Assembly (NCBI GenBank): GCA_964016885.1
Contig: OZ024755.1
Coordinates: 39,556,001-39,620,000 of the forward strand
DNA length: 64,000 nucleotides
Direction: 5' to 3'
Source of the DNA: Eledone cirrhosa
Lineage: Eukaryota
The notes under the pieces were generated by a model, which did not search any database, was not told where the DNA came from, and worked only from the letters and a program-made list of their open reading frames with translations. The position numbers and the translations under genes were made by a program. Positions 27,590-40,189 of this stretch are shown one piece after another (the stretch's first letter is position 1; every line of letters begins with the position of its first letter).

Positions 27590-28385
27590 ATACACCATCA
27601 TCACCAGCAGCAGCATCGGCAGTATTATCATCATCGCTGTCCTACTCATTACTATATCACCCCCATCATCACCATCAACATCATCACTACATCATCATCA
27701 TCACTACATCATCATCATCATCATCATCACCATCATCATCACCACCACCACCATCAACACCACCATCATCACTACCATCACCATCATCACCACCATCATC
27801 ATCATCATCACCACCATCATCAGCATCACCACCATCATCACCACCATCATCATTATCACCATCACCATCATCACTACCATCACCACCATCATCATCACTA
27901 CATCATCATCATCATCACCATCACCATCATCAGTACCATCATAATCATAATCATCATAATCATCATCATCACCATCACCATCATCATCACCATCACCACC
28001 ATCATCATCATCACCATCACCATCATCACCATCATCACCACCATCACCATCACCACCATCATCAGCATCACCACCATCATCATCATCATCACCATCACCA
28101 TCATCACCACCATCATCACCACCATCATCATCACCACCATCATCAGCATCACCACCATCATCATCATCATCATCACCATCACCATCATCACTATCATCAC
28201 CATCCTCACCATCATCATCACCACCATCATCATCACTACATCATCATCATCACTACCATCACCATCATCACCACCATCATAATCATAATCATCATAATCA
28301 TCATCATCACCACCACCACCATCTTCAGTATCATCATCTCTGTCCTCCTCATCGCTATATCATCATCATCATCACCATCACTAGT
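27590..28385. repeat. (CAT/CAC)n compound microsatellite
   Basis: Direct reading. Confidence 0.95.
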
Positions 28386-30348
28386 AGTATCCACATCCAC
28401 GTTGCCATCTTCGTGGTCACGTGCGATACACGGAAATTCAAATTTTTACGACTTCATTTCCGGTGTCTCTACTCATGAAATTCTGAAATATTTCTATTTT
28501 GTTTTATTTTTTTTTTATTTTATTGTAATGGAATGTTTTAAAGAAATATGAATTTTAATTTTCAATTTAATTTTAATTTTCAATTAAATATCAATTGAAA
28601 TTTTAAGTCATTGCTCTGCTTCATTTCAGTCAGTAAAAACGTTTTCTGTTAAAATTAAATCCAATACAAATATCAGCTCTTTTTCAATTATTTTAACGAA
28701 GTTTTTCCGTTATAATGTTTCACATCCGCCAGTTCTAACCACGAGTGTTCAGGTTGTTTGATCAAGGGAACACGTGGCTCGTAACATTAAGACGTAGTTC
28801 TGAGAGAGATGCAACTGTACAATGTGTATTTCAAAGCTGGTTTCTTCAGTTACAGGCACAACTCATTTTGTGTCAGCTGAGTGGAATGGAGCACCCTGAT
28901 AAAGAGTGTCTCATTCATGAAAATAACTCACCCCCGGGAATCAAACTCTCGACCCTATTATCGTGAGACAAACATCCTAATTACCAAACTACAGGCTTTT
29001 TATTATATATTAAATGAAGAAGTATACACATTTTTACACGGGTATAGATACTACTATAGATACATACATACAGGGTGTCCAACTTATACTGTGTTTGGTT
29101 CAAAGAGATAGTTAATAAAATTAACAGATTCAGAGCCTAATAATATCAAATAGTCAATGAGTGGGGGACTGTATTCCTAGTATTTGGAAATCTTCAAGGA
29201 ATGGCGACATTGATGTCCTCGATATCGAGAATGAAAGAACATAGGTCAGTATCTGTTGGGAAAACGACGATGAGACGGTGTGAGAGAGCTGTGGTTCTGG
29301 ACGGAGGTGATTGGTTGAAGTAGTTAATGCAGATATGAGATATCGTAAATATGAGATATCGTAAATATGGTGCGAGGAATGTGGAAGGCGTGGAATGGCG
29401 TGGAGGGCAAATAATTGCAAGAAATACCGTGAAGCGATCTACGAGTCGCTCTAGCAACATTGACAGTTTGCCGACTATAGAGTCTTGTTAGACTGTAAAA
29501 TTGAGTTGCATTTATATAGAGAGAATTGCAACATTTCCTTACTTCCACCACATGCAGAGATTAAATTACTTTGTTGTGTATTTTCCCCTTCATCTTCTGA
29601 ATACGATAAAATAGTACCCAAGGATGCAGATACGTTCAAGTAAACATCCCCATCATCTAAAAGAGATGGTTTTTTTAGAGTTAAAAAAAAAAAAAATTAT
29701 TCATTTCTTTTGAGAAAAAAGGCGAAAGTTTGGTATGATTTCCTTTTATGTAAAAAGTTAACATTCGCCAAAATTATTCTTACTTTGCAAGAAAAATAAA
29801 ATTGGAAGTATAATTATTTTCTGCAAAATCTTGAAAATAACATATAGCAATATACTTGTACAGATGAGAAGCCGCACATATATAGACGCAAGTCTATGTA
29901 TTTAACTTGTGCGTGGTTATATCTTAAATGTTTATAACATGGTTGATAAAATAAGAAAAATAAAAAGCAAATGCCCGCTAGGTAGAAGATGTTTTCAAAG
30001 AAAAGCTTCATTAATAGATGTGCAATGAGAGAAGTTAAAAGTAAGAGATACGAACGTAAATCACAAGTTGTTTAACAACTTTACAATTTGTACTTGGAGA
30101 AAAATATATCTATTTCAACATGGAAATATTCTAATCATGAAGTCAACTGATTGAAATACTTTTTAGGCTGTAAACAGTTCTGTATGATCGTAGAACTACG
30201 GCGTAGCAACGACGTATAATTTGTGATATTCACATTAAGCAATAAAGTATGCAGAATCGATATATTTATAGTGATAGTTAATCTGGTTAAATATCTCCAA
30301 TACGTATTGTTTGTTTATACGTATCTTAACAACACTTTTATATATAAA

Positions 30349-30414
<66 letters not shown>

Positions 30415-30447
30415 ATGCTTTGGGAGGGTCATGTTGCCAATAAGAAA

Positions 30448-30505
<58 letters not shown>

Positions 30506-31211
30506 GAAACTGTAGTTGTGTATCCTAGCAACTGGCAAGTACTGTTTGACGCATCAACTGTGAGGTCTACCTATGCTCGCCTCTACAATATATATATAAC
30601 TGGTGAGGGAAGCAACATATATTTTACATTTTAGATATATCACAGTGCACCAGATGAAAGGGATATATCTCCATTTCCCAACGGTAGGCTTTCCATTGTA
30701 CTTTATTCTTTAGACTACGGTCATACTGGAGCAACGCCGTAAAGTGATGTAGTCGATCATACTGACATTTCCATCTAACTATTCCAAGAATACAAAACAA
30801 CAAGATTCTGATAACGAAAATTGTGGACAAATTTTAATTTCACCTATTTTTTGTTAGTGTTAAATATTCCTCTGTGTGGATGTATAACTGTGTGATTGTG
30901 TGTGTGTGCGTATGTGTGATTGTGTATGTGTCTGTGTGTGTCTATGTATGAGTTTGTATATGTGTGTGTATGTGTGTGTCTGTGTGTGCGTGTGTTTGTG
31001 TGTGTACGTGCATGTGTGTGTATGTGTGTGTGTCCGTGTTTAGGTATGTGTATGCATGTGTGTATATGTGTGTGTCTGTGTATGTGTGTGTCTGTGCATT
31101 GTGTGTGTATGTATGTGTCTGTGTATGTATGTGTGTATGTGAGTGTACAATAATAAAATAGAAAGACTAGATTTCTATAATTTCATTTTCACGTAATTCG
31201 ACGTAATACAT

Positions 31212-31485
31212 ATTTCTGTGGTGCCACAGTTATATCTGTAGTGCCACTGTTATATCTGTAGTACCAGTTATATCTGTAGTACCAGTTATATCTGTAGTAC
31301 CAGTTATATATGTGGTACCACTGTTATATCTGTAGTACCAGTTATATCTGCGGTACCAGTTATATCTGTAGTACCAGTTATATCTGTGGTGTCACTGTTA
31401 TATCTGTAGTCCCACTATTATATCTGTAGTACCAGTTATATCTGTAGTACCAGTTATATCTGTGGTACCAGTTATATCTACGGTG
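31212..31485. repeat. 18/20-bp minisatellite
   Basis: Unit TATATCTGTAGTACCAGT with CCACTGT length variants. Confidence 0.9.
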
Positions 31486-31689
31486 TCTTAACTCAATTCC
31501 TGAAACGGTGACACCAGACAGCCTCTTGGCTAATACATAATCTTGTAATCTATCTCTAAGTTACTTCTACGTATAAATATACAGACACACCTGATTTCGA
31601 TGTTATTTCAAAGAATGAGATGTTATAAGGAAGAAACATTATCTTCATCCCCACCCCCCACACCTGCCTCCCTTCCTTCTTTCCTCTCC

Positions 31690-31970
31690 TCTTCGTTTTC
31701 ATTCTTTTATATTTTCCTTCATAAATTACCTCACATTCCATCATAGCATTTGTTTATATTCTTCAACGTATTTCTAACTCCTGTCTGTTTATGAATACAT
31801 TCTAAAACTTCCCAGCCACAACCCAACTATTTCAATACAACTTAATCAACGAATATTTTCTCCCGTATACCAGCCCCAATTATCTCCCCTTCCACCAAAT
31901 TAATGAAAAGGTTTTCATTTGTAATTCTAACTTTAATTAAATGAGCCACAAATGGCGAAACTTATTCAAA
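31690..31970. repeat. Unclassified dispersed repeat, direct copy at 33665-33930
   Basis: Shared TTCGTTTTCATTCTT..CCCAGCCACAACCCA..AGCCACAAATGG..ACTTATTCAA. Confidence 0.7.
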
Positions 31971-32175
31971 ATGAGTTCGTTCATAATTCACTTCATTCTA
32001 TACTTTGGGTTGGTAGCTGCCCAGTTTTCCCCTTGGAATACCAGATCAGAATTAGAAAGATGCACCAAACGTTGGGTTCTTTTTTTCTAAATACGCTACG
32101 CACAATTTGCTGATTTGAGTGACAAAATCACAGTCCTAACTACCACTCAGTAAACATTTTATAACTAATTTGTTA

Positions 32176-32263
<88 letters not shown>

Positions 32264-32489
32264 TAAATATACAAACATATATGTATATATATGTGTGTGT
32301 ATGTATGTGTGTGGATAAATATACGTGTATATATACATATATATATATATATATGTGTGTCTGTGTGTGGTATCCATAGTTGTTCAACTCATTATGTGTG
32401 AAATTCTATACAGAATTGTAATAATATCGATGAATGTAGTCTTATCTTTTTCTCTTTTTTCTTGTATCTACTGCGTGGAAATGTATTGC

Positions 32490-33035
32490 AACAATTCACT
32501 GGTCGTAAGTGCGTAGTTAACTGACGGAAACGTGTAGTGTTAGTTTGACCGATGTAACAATGTTTGCATTGGCATGTATATACAACATTGATCATTTGCA
32601 ATACGTTGTGGTTTACTAATCTGTGGTTGCATCTAAATGAGTTGCCTCTTAATGAGTCATATCACAATGAGACTATTTTTCTTATCGGTATTTGTGCAGT
32701 ATATTCTATCGATGAGTTAAAGATTAATGTATTTCATATTATATTTTATTTCATGAGAATTAATGACTCGTTCGTACATTTTATAAGCAGGGGAATTTAG
32801 TATTTGTAGTATACGAAACACGTGGCGTTTCTTGCTGTTTCTGTTGTATTATTGGGATGAACTTTGTTATTATATTCTTCTATAGCATAGTCGACTAATC
32901 TAAAGGAATACACGTTCTTAACTAGTGTTTGCTTTATACATACGCGTTATTTCCTTTATTGAATCGTCCTCACTGGATGAGAATTTAAAACATCCTCTAA
33001 TGAGGGTTTTAACTATAGATATTTGTATCTGTGTA
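32490..33035 (-). mobile_element. Degenerate PLE fragment of a non-Naiad clade (thumb + GIY-YIG)
   Basis: QISIVKTLIRGCFKFSS..KEI (~33030-32950) and NVVYTCQCKHCYIGQT (~32590-32540). Confidence 0.6.
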
Positions 33036-34441
33036 GGCTCTTTCTATCTGCCTGCCTGTATATGCCTATGTGTGTTTAGTGTAAACAGATATACTATAGT
33101 GGTTATTATTAATTCCACACACACACACACACAGTTACGCGCACAAACACACACATACTATACTATATTATAATAAAATAAAAAATATATTATATTATAT
33201 TATATTATAACATAATATATTATATATATTATATATAATATATCGGCTTTAATAGCATTTGAAATTTGGCTTTTTGTGTTTAGCCATGCAAGTGTCAGAA
33301 AAAACATTTTGTAAATATTTGTACAGGAAGGTTTTTTTTCATAGAAGTTGGGAAGCGTGTATTGCTGGTCACTGATGTATGTGAGAAGATTTTGGGGTTT
33401 ATTTTCAATAGGCGTAGTGGGCTGTGGCATAAAATTCTCAATATATTTCTAGAAAATAGATATAAGAAATAAGGAAAAGAATGCCGGGTGGAGTGGAAGA
33501 TGGAATATGGCATATAATATTAGGATATATAAATGAATAAATAAACAACGTAAAATAAAGAATTTATATGGACGGGTTTAGTTGAGAAAATGAAAGAATA
33601 GAAAGAGTGTGGTGATATAAAGAAGAATCATTATATTCCTTCGTTCCTTTTTCCTATCCACTTCGTTTTCGTTTTCATTCTTCTATATTTTCCTTCATAA
33701 CTTACCTCACATTCCACCATATTCACAACACATTTTTAACTCCTGCCGTTAATGAATGCATTCTAAAAATTCCCAGCCACAACCCATCTACTTGAATACA
33801 ACTTAATTAACAAATATTTTCTCCCGTATACTAACCCTAATTATCTCCCCTTCCACCAAATTAATGAATGGTTTTTCATTTGTATGTCGTATTTTGATTG
33901 AATAAGCCACAAATGGGGGGACTTATTCAATGATTGTTGAAAAACACATGCGCTCTCCTCTCGTAAATTTTTTCTTTCGTTTCTTTATTTTTTAGTATCA
34001 TCTGTACTTCTATTTCTTTTTCTATCTCTCGTCCTATTTTCCAATAAAAGATTAACGACCGAAACGTTATGTCACCTTTCCTATCTAATAAAGCATTAAA
34101 CTAATATATATCATATATTACTGTATTGTTCTCCCGTATGGCTTTTCCTCGTTGACCCCCCCCCCCCCCCCCCACACACAAACATACATGCTTGGAGATA
34201 TTCGATCCAGCTCTCCGCTCTTTGAGTTCAAATCCCTCCGAGGTCAACTCCTTTAGAGTTTTCTAGAAAAGTACCAGTCCAGAACTGAGGTCAGTTATTA
34301 TACTATATCGCTTCCTTTCCCTCACTTTCTATCCTTTTCTGGAAGAAATCTCCTGTAAAGGGTTTGGTTCCAGTAGGCTTAAATGTCCAAGAAACGCCGT
34401 AAGCCAATGCGGCGGCCCTCCGCCTCCGTCAACAGTTACGG

Positions 34442-34487
<46 letters not shown>

Positions 34488-34584
34488 GATGTCAACATGA
34501 ATGGACCTGTTATTTTTATCTAAAGACATTTATTTTCCAATTCCAACCCGCCCGTCCCCTCAATCTTTCTTATTTCTCTTTCTT

Positions 34585-34620
34585 TCTTCTGATGAAGAAC
34601 TAGCGCCCGAAACGTTAAGA
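34585..34620 (+). ncRNA. Ultra-minimal hammerhead-like motif (second copy 44581-44616)
   Basis: tctt-CTGATGA-agaactagcg(c/t)cc-GAA-ACGT-T-aaga; loopless palindromic stem III; stem II imperfect; lies in a ~230-bp repeat (34490-34715, 44490-44705). Confidence 0.55.
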
Positions 34621-34711
34621 CCCTCTTCCTGCTATATCAAGCGTTAACCTAATATATACCTTCCATATACTGTACCGATTGTGTTGTTATTTCTGTTTAC
34701 CTTTTACATAC

Positions 34712-34791
<80 letters not shown>

Positions 34792-34939
34792 ATACTTTGG
34801 GAGGGTCATGTTGCCAATAAGAAACACACGCACCAGTGGCTTTCATTTCAATTTATTATAATAAATTTATAATAACTTTATAAATTTATAAATTTCTGGT
34901 TGGTTAGTTGGTTCCACAACCAGATAGTGGTTTATATAT

Positions 34940-34984
34940 AGTCATAGTTCTTTCGTCACACACTCTGTGACCTCTTCAGTGACT
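34940..34984 (-). ncRNA. Minimal type I hammerhead ribozyme
   Basis: agtca-CTGAAGA-g-gtcaca..tgtgac-GAAA-gaac-TA-tgact; CUA site. Confidence 0.75.
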
Positions 34985-35117
34985 GGGGATTCCTTTATTT
35001 GTTTCTGTGCCTCTCCTTTGTTCTGTCCTACGCCATTTTGTTTCTGTATATATTTATAAAAATGAAAGATTAAAGTTTAAATTATTATTATTATTACTAT
35101 ATATATATATATATGTG

Positions 35118-35163
<46 letters not shown>

Positions 35164-35339
35164 GCATTGATGATACCACGAGTGAAACTCAGTCTCAGTA
35201 CCATAGTAGAAAAGAATATATATTTTAATAAGATCAAATTTGAGTCTTGTTACTTTCGAGTTTTCACCTGTGTATTAACAGATTCACTGGGTAAGAAGAT
35301 TCAAGCTTAGCTTTAAACAACATATGTAATCATATATAA

Positions 35340-35755
35340 TAATTGTTTCTACTTTTGGCACAAGGCCAGCAAATACCCAGTACATTACCGGTACTTTATT
35401 TTATCGACCCCGTAAAGATGAAAGGCAAAGTTAACCTCGGCGGGATTTGAACTCAGAATGGCAAGGGCCGTAACTCTATGCGTCAAAGCATGACGTCCGA
35501 CCCTCTACCGATACTGCCAATCCACCCCGTAATCATATATAATAATAACAATTGTTTCTACTTTAGACGGCCAGCAATTTTGGGAGGTTTGGGAAGACGA
35601 TTAATATTGACCCCATTACTGGTATTTTATTTTATCGACCCCGTAAGGATGAAAGGCAAAGCTAACCTCGGCGAGACTTGAACTCATAACGTAAAGGGCC
35701 GTATCATGCAGCAAAGCACGGTGTCTGACACTCCACCGATACTTTCAATCCACCT
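35340..35755 (-). mobile_element. Two tandem type 1 SINEs
   Basis: Core motif at 35390-35460 and 35618-35690. Confidence 0.85.
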
Positions 35756-35774
35756 AATAATAATAATAACAATA

Positions 35775-36152
35775 ATAAGGAAAAAAGGATCGTGCTTTAT
35801 TGTAGATGTAGCCTCCCCCTTTGACACAAGAGTGCAAGAAAAGGAGAGGGAGAAAATTAACCGATGCCAGGATTTAAAGTGGGAATTAAATAGGATTTGG
35901 GACTGTCATGAGATCAAGGTCTTCCCGATTGTCATAGGAGCACTAGGTACTATCTTGAAGAGATTCCAAGGATGGTTAAAGAAGATTAGTCCAGCCCCGT
36001 TTTTTGGAACACTTCAAAAGACAGGCTTGCTGGGAACAGCAAGAACCCTCCGATACATCCTGAATATCTGAGGCTGCAGGTAGCGACTTGATGTTCATTT
36101 GAACAAACTTTCCAGTTAAATAACATCAATGACTGAGACTCCAAAAAAAAAA
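35775..36152 (+). mobile_element. 3' end of an R4/Dong-like LINE (restriction-like endonuclease remnant, 3' UTR, poly-A)
   Basis: FIVDVASPFD..KEREKI..QDLKWEL.RIW..VFPIVIGALG..LQKTGLLGTARTLR; sits between (TAA)n-like tracts, the known Dong target. Confidence 0.85.
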
Positions 36153-36186
36153 ATAATGATAATGATGATGATTATGATGGTGATGA

Positions 36187-36255
<69 letters not shown>

Positions 36256-36328
36256 GGGGAGGGGTAGTAGTAATAGTGGTGGTGGTGGGGGGGTAGTAGT
36301 AGTAGTAATAGTGGTGGTGGTGGTAGTG

Positions 36329-36395
<67 letters not shown>

Positions 36396-36412
36396 TAGTA
36401 GTAGTAGTAGTA
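36153..36412. repeat. (TAG)n compound microsatellite
   Basis: Direct reading. Confidence 0.95.
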
Positions 36413-36605
36413 TTTGGAGGAGGAGAAGGTGGGGAAAGGAGTAACAATAATAACTATCATCAACGCTATCGACCTCGTAACTTTTGCTGTTTCTGTCAAC
36501 AGAAGTATTATGTAAATCTAATCCTGTTATTGTATTTTCTATTTACAGTTGCTGTCGTCATGGAATTGAGGCTACAGTAAAAACAGAATATAATGCAAAG
36601 AAATC

Positions 36606-37222
36606 CAAGTGGTGAGATACCATTAGAGATATATAGACAACTCTGATATCAAGTGATGAGATACCATTGGAGATATATAGACAACTCTGATATCAAGTGG
36701 TGAGATACCATTGGAGATATATAGACAAATTTGTTATCAAATGGTGAGATACCATTGGAGATATATAGACAAATCTGTTATCAAATGGTGAGATACCATT
36801 GGAGATATATAGACATCTCTGATATCAAGGAGAGAGATACCTTGGAGGTATATAGACATCTTTGTTATCAAGTGGCGAGATACCATTGGAGATATATAGA
36901 CAAATCTGATATCAAGGGGTGAGATACCATTGGAGATATATAGACAACTCTGATATCAAGTGGTGAGATACCATTGGGGATATATAGACAACACTGATAT
37001 CAAATGGTGAGATACCATTGGAGATATATAGACATCTCTGATATCAAGTGGTGAGATACCATTGGAGATATATAGACATCTCTGATATCAAGTGGTGAGA
37101 TACCATTGGAGATATATAAACAACTCTGATATCAAGTGGTAAGATACCATTGGAGATATATAGACAACTCTAATATCAAGTGGTAAGATACCATTGGAGA
37201 TATATAGACATATCTGTTATCA
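36606..37222. repeat. 44-bp minisatellite, about 14 copies
   Basis: Unit CAAGTGGTGAGATACCATTGGAGATATATAGACAACTCTGATAT. Confidence 0.95.
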
Positions 37223-37261
37223 ACAGTGATATTGTTTGCACTCATCATCTGTAAATAGTTC

Positions 37262-37792
37262 ATCTTTATATAAGGTCACCTCAGGAACTGTAATAAAGAT
37301 ACTAGACACTTGTATATAAAACCTCACCGAGAACTATATGAAATGTGCTATATAGGGTCACTTCAGGAACAGAAATAATGATATATACATGTATATAACG
37401 TCACAGCCGGAGCTATAGCAAAGGCAGTAAATACTTGTGTATAACATCACAGCAGCAGCTATAATAAAGGCACTATATATTTGTGTATAACATCAGCAGC
37501 AGGCGATATAGTTAAGGTATTAATACTTGTGTATATAGTCACTGTGGTAACTATAATAAATTTACTACATCTCTGTGTATAACGTCACAGCTGGAACTAT
37601 AATAAAAGTAATAGATATCTGTATATAAAGTTACAGATAAAACACTAATACAGGTACAAGATCCCTGTGTATAACGTCACCGAAGGAACTATAAAGGTAC
37701 TACTACTTGTGCATATTGCCACAGCAGGAACCGTGTGGAAGGTAGTATACACGGGTATAGGACGCCTTAGCAGGAACTATATATAATGTCAC
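37262..37792. repeat. Old, degenerate ~45-bp minisatellite
   Basis: Recurring TGTATAACGTCACAGCAGGAACTATAATAAAGG-like units. Confidence 0.7.
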
Positions 37793-38523
37793 ATGGAAAT
37801 TTTACCCAATTCAAACATTTGGAATATATTTAGCAATGCAGGGTTTCTATTTAAACACCAACCATTGTGGAACAATGTAAAATATTAGCCATTCAAATGA
37901 ATCTTACAAATCAATATATTTAAACCTTATTCATGCAATCTACTAAAGAAATCCATATATATAATATGTGAAATAATGTGCCATATTAATTAAAACTTTA
38001 CCTACAGTAAACGGATATTATAAAGAACTCGTGAAACGCTACATGCATCACATTTGAAAAGGCATAATTCAAATCCTGTTTTGGCTTCCATTCTTATCAA
38101 GTAAATACTACTGTTATATAATTTACATCAACAGTAGCATGCTCCCCTGCAAAGATTTTAATTGGACAAGATATTTATTTGTATGGCTTTCACTTGTATT
38201 TTAGTTTATTTACAATTCAAAATCCTCTCGTAGTTTTTCTTATTACATATATTTCAAATCCAGATAAATATCTGGAAATTTGAAACAATTTGTTAAATAT
38301 AATTAAAACAAAACTTTAATTAACAACTGGTAAATTTTACCATGTTCTCATTTCTTATGACACCATAAGATTGATAGCAGAATCATGGAAACATATTTCA
38401 GATCGTGTTTAATGCGAAAATGAATTATTAAATAATTACAAAAGAGAAAAATGATGTGACTTATTAAATAATGATTCGTATAATCTAAGACATTCATTAA
38501 ATCTGATTACAAACAGCTTAACT

Positions 38524-39849
38524 ATGGATTCATTACTTTACAATGCAACGAGCATCAGGGCAGACTATAATTTAATTGGTCAATCAACTCTGGAAACTTT
38601 GATTCAAACCACTGACGAAGGAGGTTCTGATCTATACAACGTAGAAGCTCTTCATATGACACGATTTATCGTCCAGAAGATATGTGTACCTATTGTTATA
38701 TTCTTTGGTGTTGTAAGCAATATATTAAATATTATTGTCCTCACTCACAAGTCTATGAACACATCAACTAATGTCTATTTAACTGTATTAGCAGTCTTTG
38801 ACACACTCTATCTCATATTCGGTTATACGTTGAGTTTGAAACATTTCTCACAGGTGAAATCGGTAGATGCATACACGTATTGGGTACCGTACGCTCACGT
38901 GCTCACAGACATGTGTAGCAACGTTGGCGTGTGGCAGACAATCACATTCACCGTGGAACGTTACATCGGTGTCTGCCACCCTATTCGTGGTCACGTGATA
39001 TGCACACCTCAACGAGCACGTATTATCACAGCTATAGTATCACTAATAGCTATTGCAGTCACTGTTCCTGAATTCTTTGAACGTAAGACAGTGGAAAAAC
39101 TGGACGCAAACAACCAGACAATACTAGAAAACCAATGGACGGCTTTTGCTGAAAGTTACTCATACGACAAAGGTTACAATTGGTTTATAGCGATCTCTTT
39201 CACATTTCTTCCTCTCATATCTCTGGTCTTCTTCAATGGACTCCTTATAAGAGCAGTTATCAAAGCTAACAAGATACGTCGCTTCATGTCAAAAGCTCCT
39301 CTGCGAAAATCGTCAGAGAAGAGCGGAAGTGAGCAACAAAAAATCACAATGATGTTAATAAGTGTAGCTTTAGTTTTCCTCATATGTCAATTTCCGGGAG
39401 CATTGTTATTGCTTTACTCAACAAGTTTTGCTCCCGGTCGAAGAGGAAATGACATAAAAATTGCTGCCAACATCACCAATCTGCTGGTTCAGATAAATTC
39501 ATCGGTAAATTTCATTCTTTATTCTTTAATTAGCACCAAATTCCGACGAACTTTCGCCTTAGTGTTCTGCTGTCGGAAAAGGGTGATAACTCGCCATACA
39601 AACTTTAATCAGACAGAAATATCTAATACTTATCGAGGTACACCAAGAACATCTGTGGGCGTCACGTGGTGTCCAACACGATCGAATGTTGCCCCACAAG
39701 CCAGTCGAAGTACAGTCAGAACTTTTCCATTTAAACCTATAGAAAATGGAAGCCCCAGCAAAATGAAAGATTATGTTAACTTGGAAGAATATTCCACTTT
39801 CGAAATTTCACCAAATAATTCTCCAGTCGAAAAGGACAGCGTCTTATAA
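38524..39849 (+). CDS. Intronless rhodopsin-like GPCR, FMRFamide/sex-peptide/myosuppressin receptor-like group (441 aa)
   Basis: Uninterrupted ORF with seven hydrophobic segments: GVVSNILNIIVL, YLTVLAVFD, TVERYIGVCHP, TVPEFF, FLP, FLICQFP, INSSVNFILY; N-terminal NAT sequon; in-frame stop just upstream of the ATG. Confidence 0.95.
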   Translation: MDSLLYNATSIRADYNLIGQSTLETLIQTTDEGGSDLYNVEALHMTRFIVQKICVPIVIFFGVVSNILNIIVLTHKSMNTSTNVYLTVLAVFDTLYLIFGYTLSLKHFSQVKSVDAYTYWVPYAHVLTDMCSNVGVWQTITFTVERYIGVCHPIRGHVICTPQRARIITAIVSLIAIAVTVPEFFERKTVEKLDANNQTILENQWTAFAESYSYDKGYNWFIAISFTFLPLISLVFFNGLLIRAVIKANKIRRFMSKAPLRKSSEKSGSEQQKITMMLISVALVFLICQFPGALLLLYSTSFAPGRRGNDIKIAANITNLLVQINSSVNFILYSLISTKFRRTFALVFCCRKRVITRHTNFNQTEISNTYRGTPRTSVGVTWCPTRSNVAPQASRSTVRTFPFKPIENGSPSKMKDYVNLEEYSTFEISPNNSPVEKDSVL

Positions 39850-40189
39850 GAAAGGTTTCAGATTTCTAAGATGTGCGACATTTCCCGACACTCTACAGAT
39901 TTGAATAACATACTTTGCCATATCTAGGTCTATTTCTTCCTCATAGATTTCATTTGAAAATCTACTCTGAGATCGATCTTGTGTTCGATTCATCAAACCC
40001 ATCTAATATAAGAAGCAAACATATAATGCAGTAATTTAAATCAAATATGTTACCACGGAGTCATTACGTCTGACATCGTATTAATGTATCATTACATCTG
40101 TCAACATAGGATTACATTTGTCAACATATAATTACCTCTATACTGTTAACGACAGCAACAGTTGACTGATAAAATGACAATTTATTTGT

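Noticed and set aside
27548-28551. His-rich protein ORFs
   Set aside because: (CAT/CAC)n microsatellite with no splice or domain support.
29071-29480. Tc1/mariner transposase remnant
   Set aside because: TA-CAGGGTGTCC resembles a TIR start, but I found no partner TIR or clear DDE motif.
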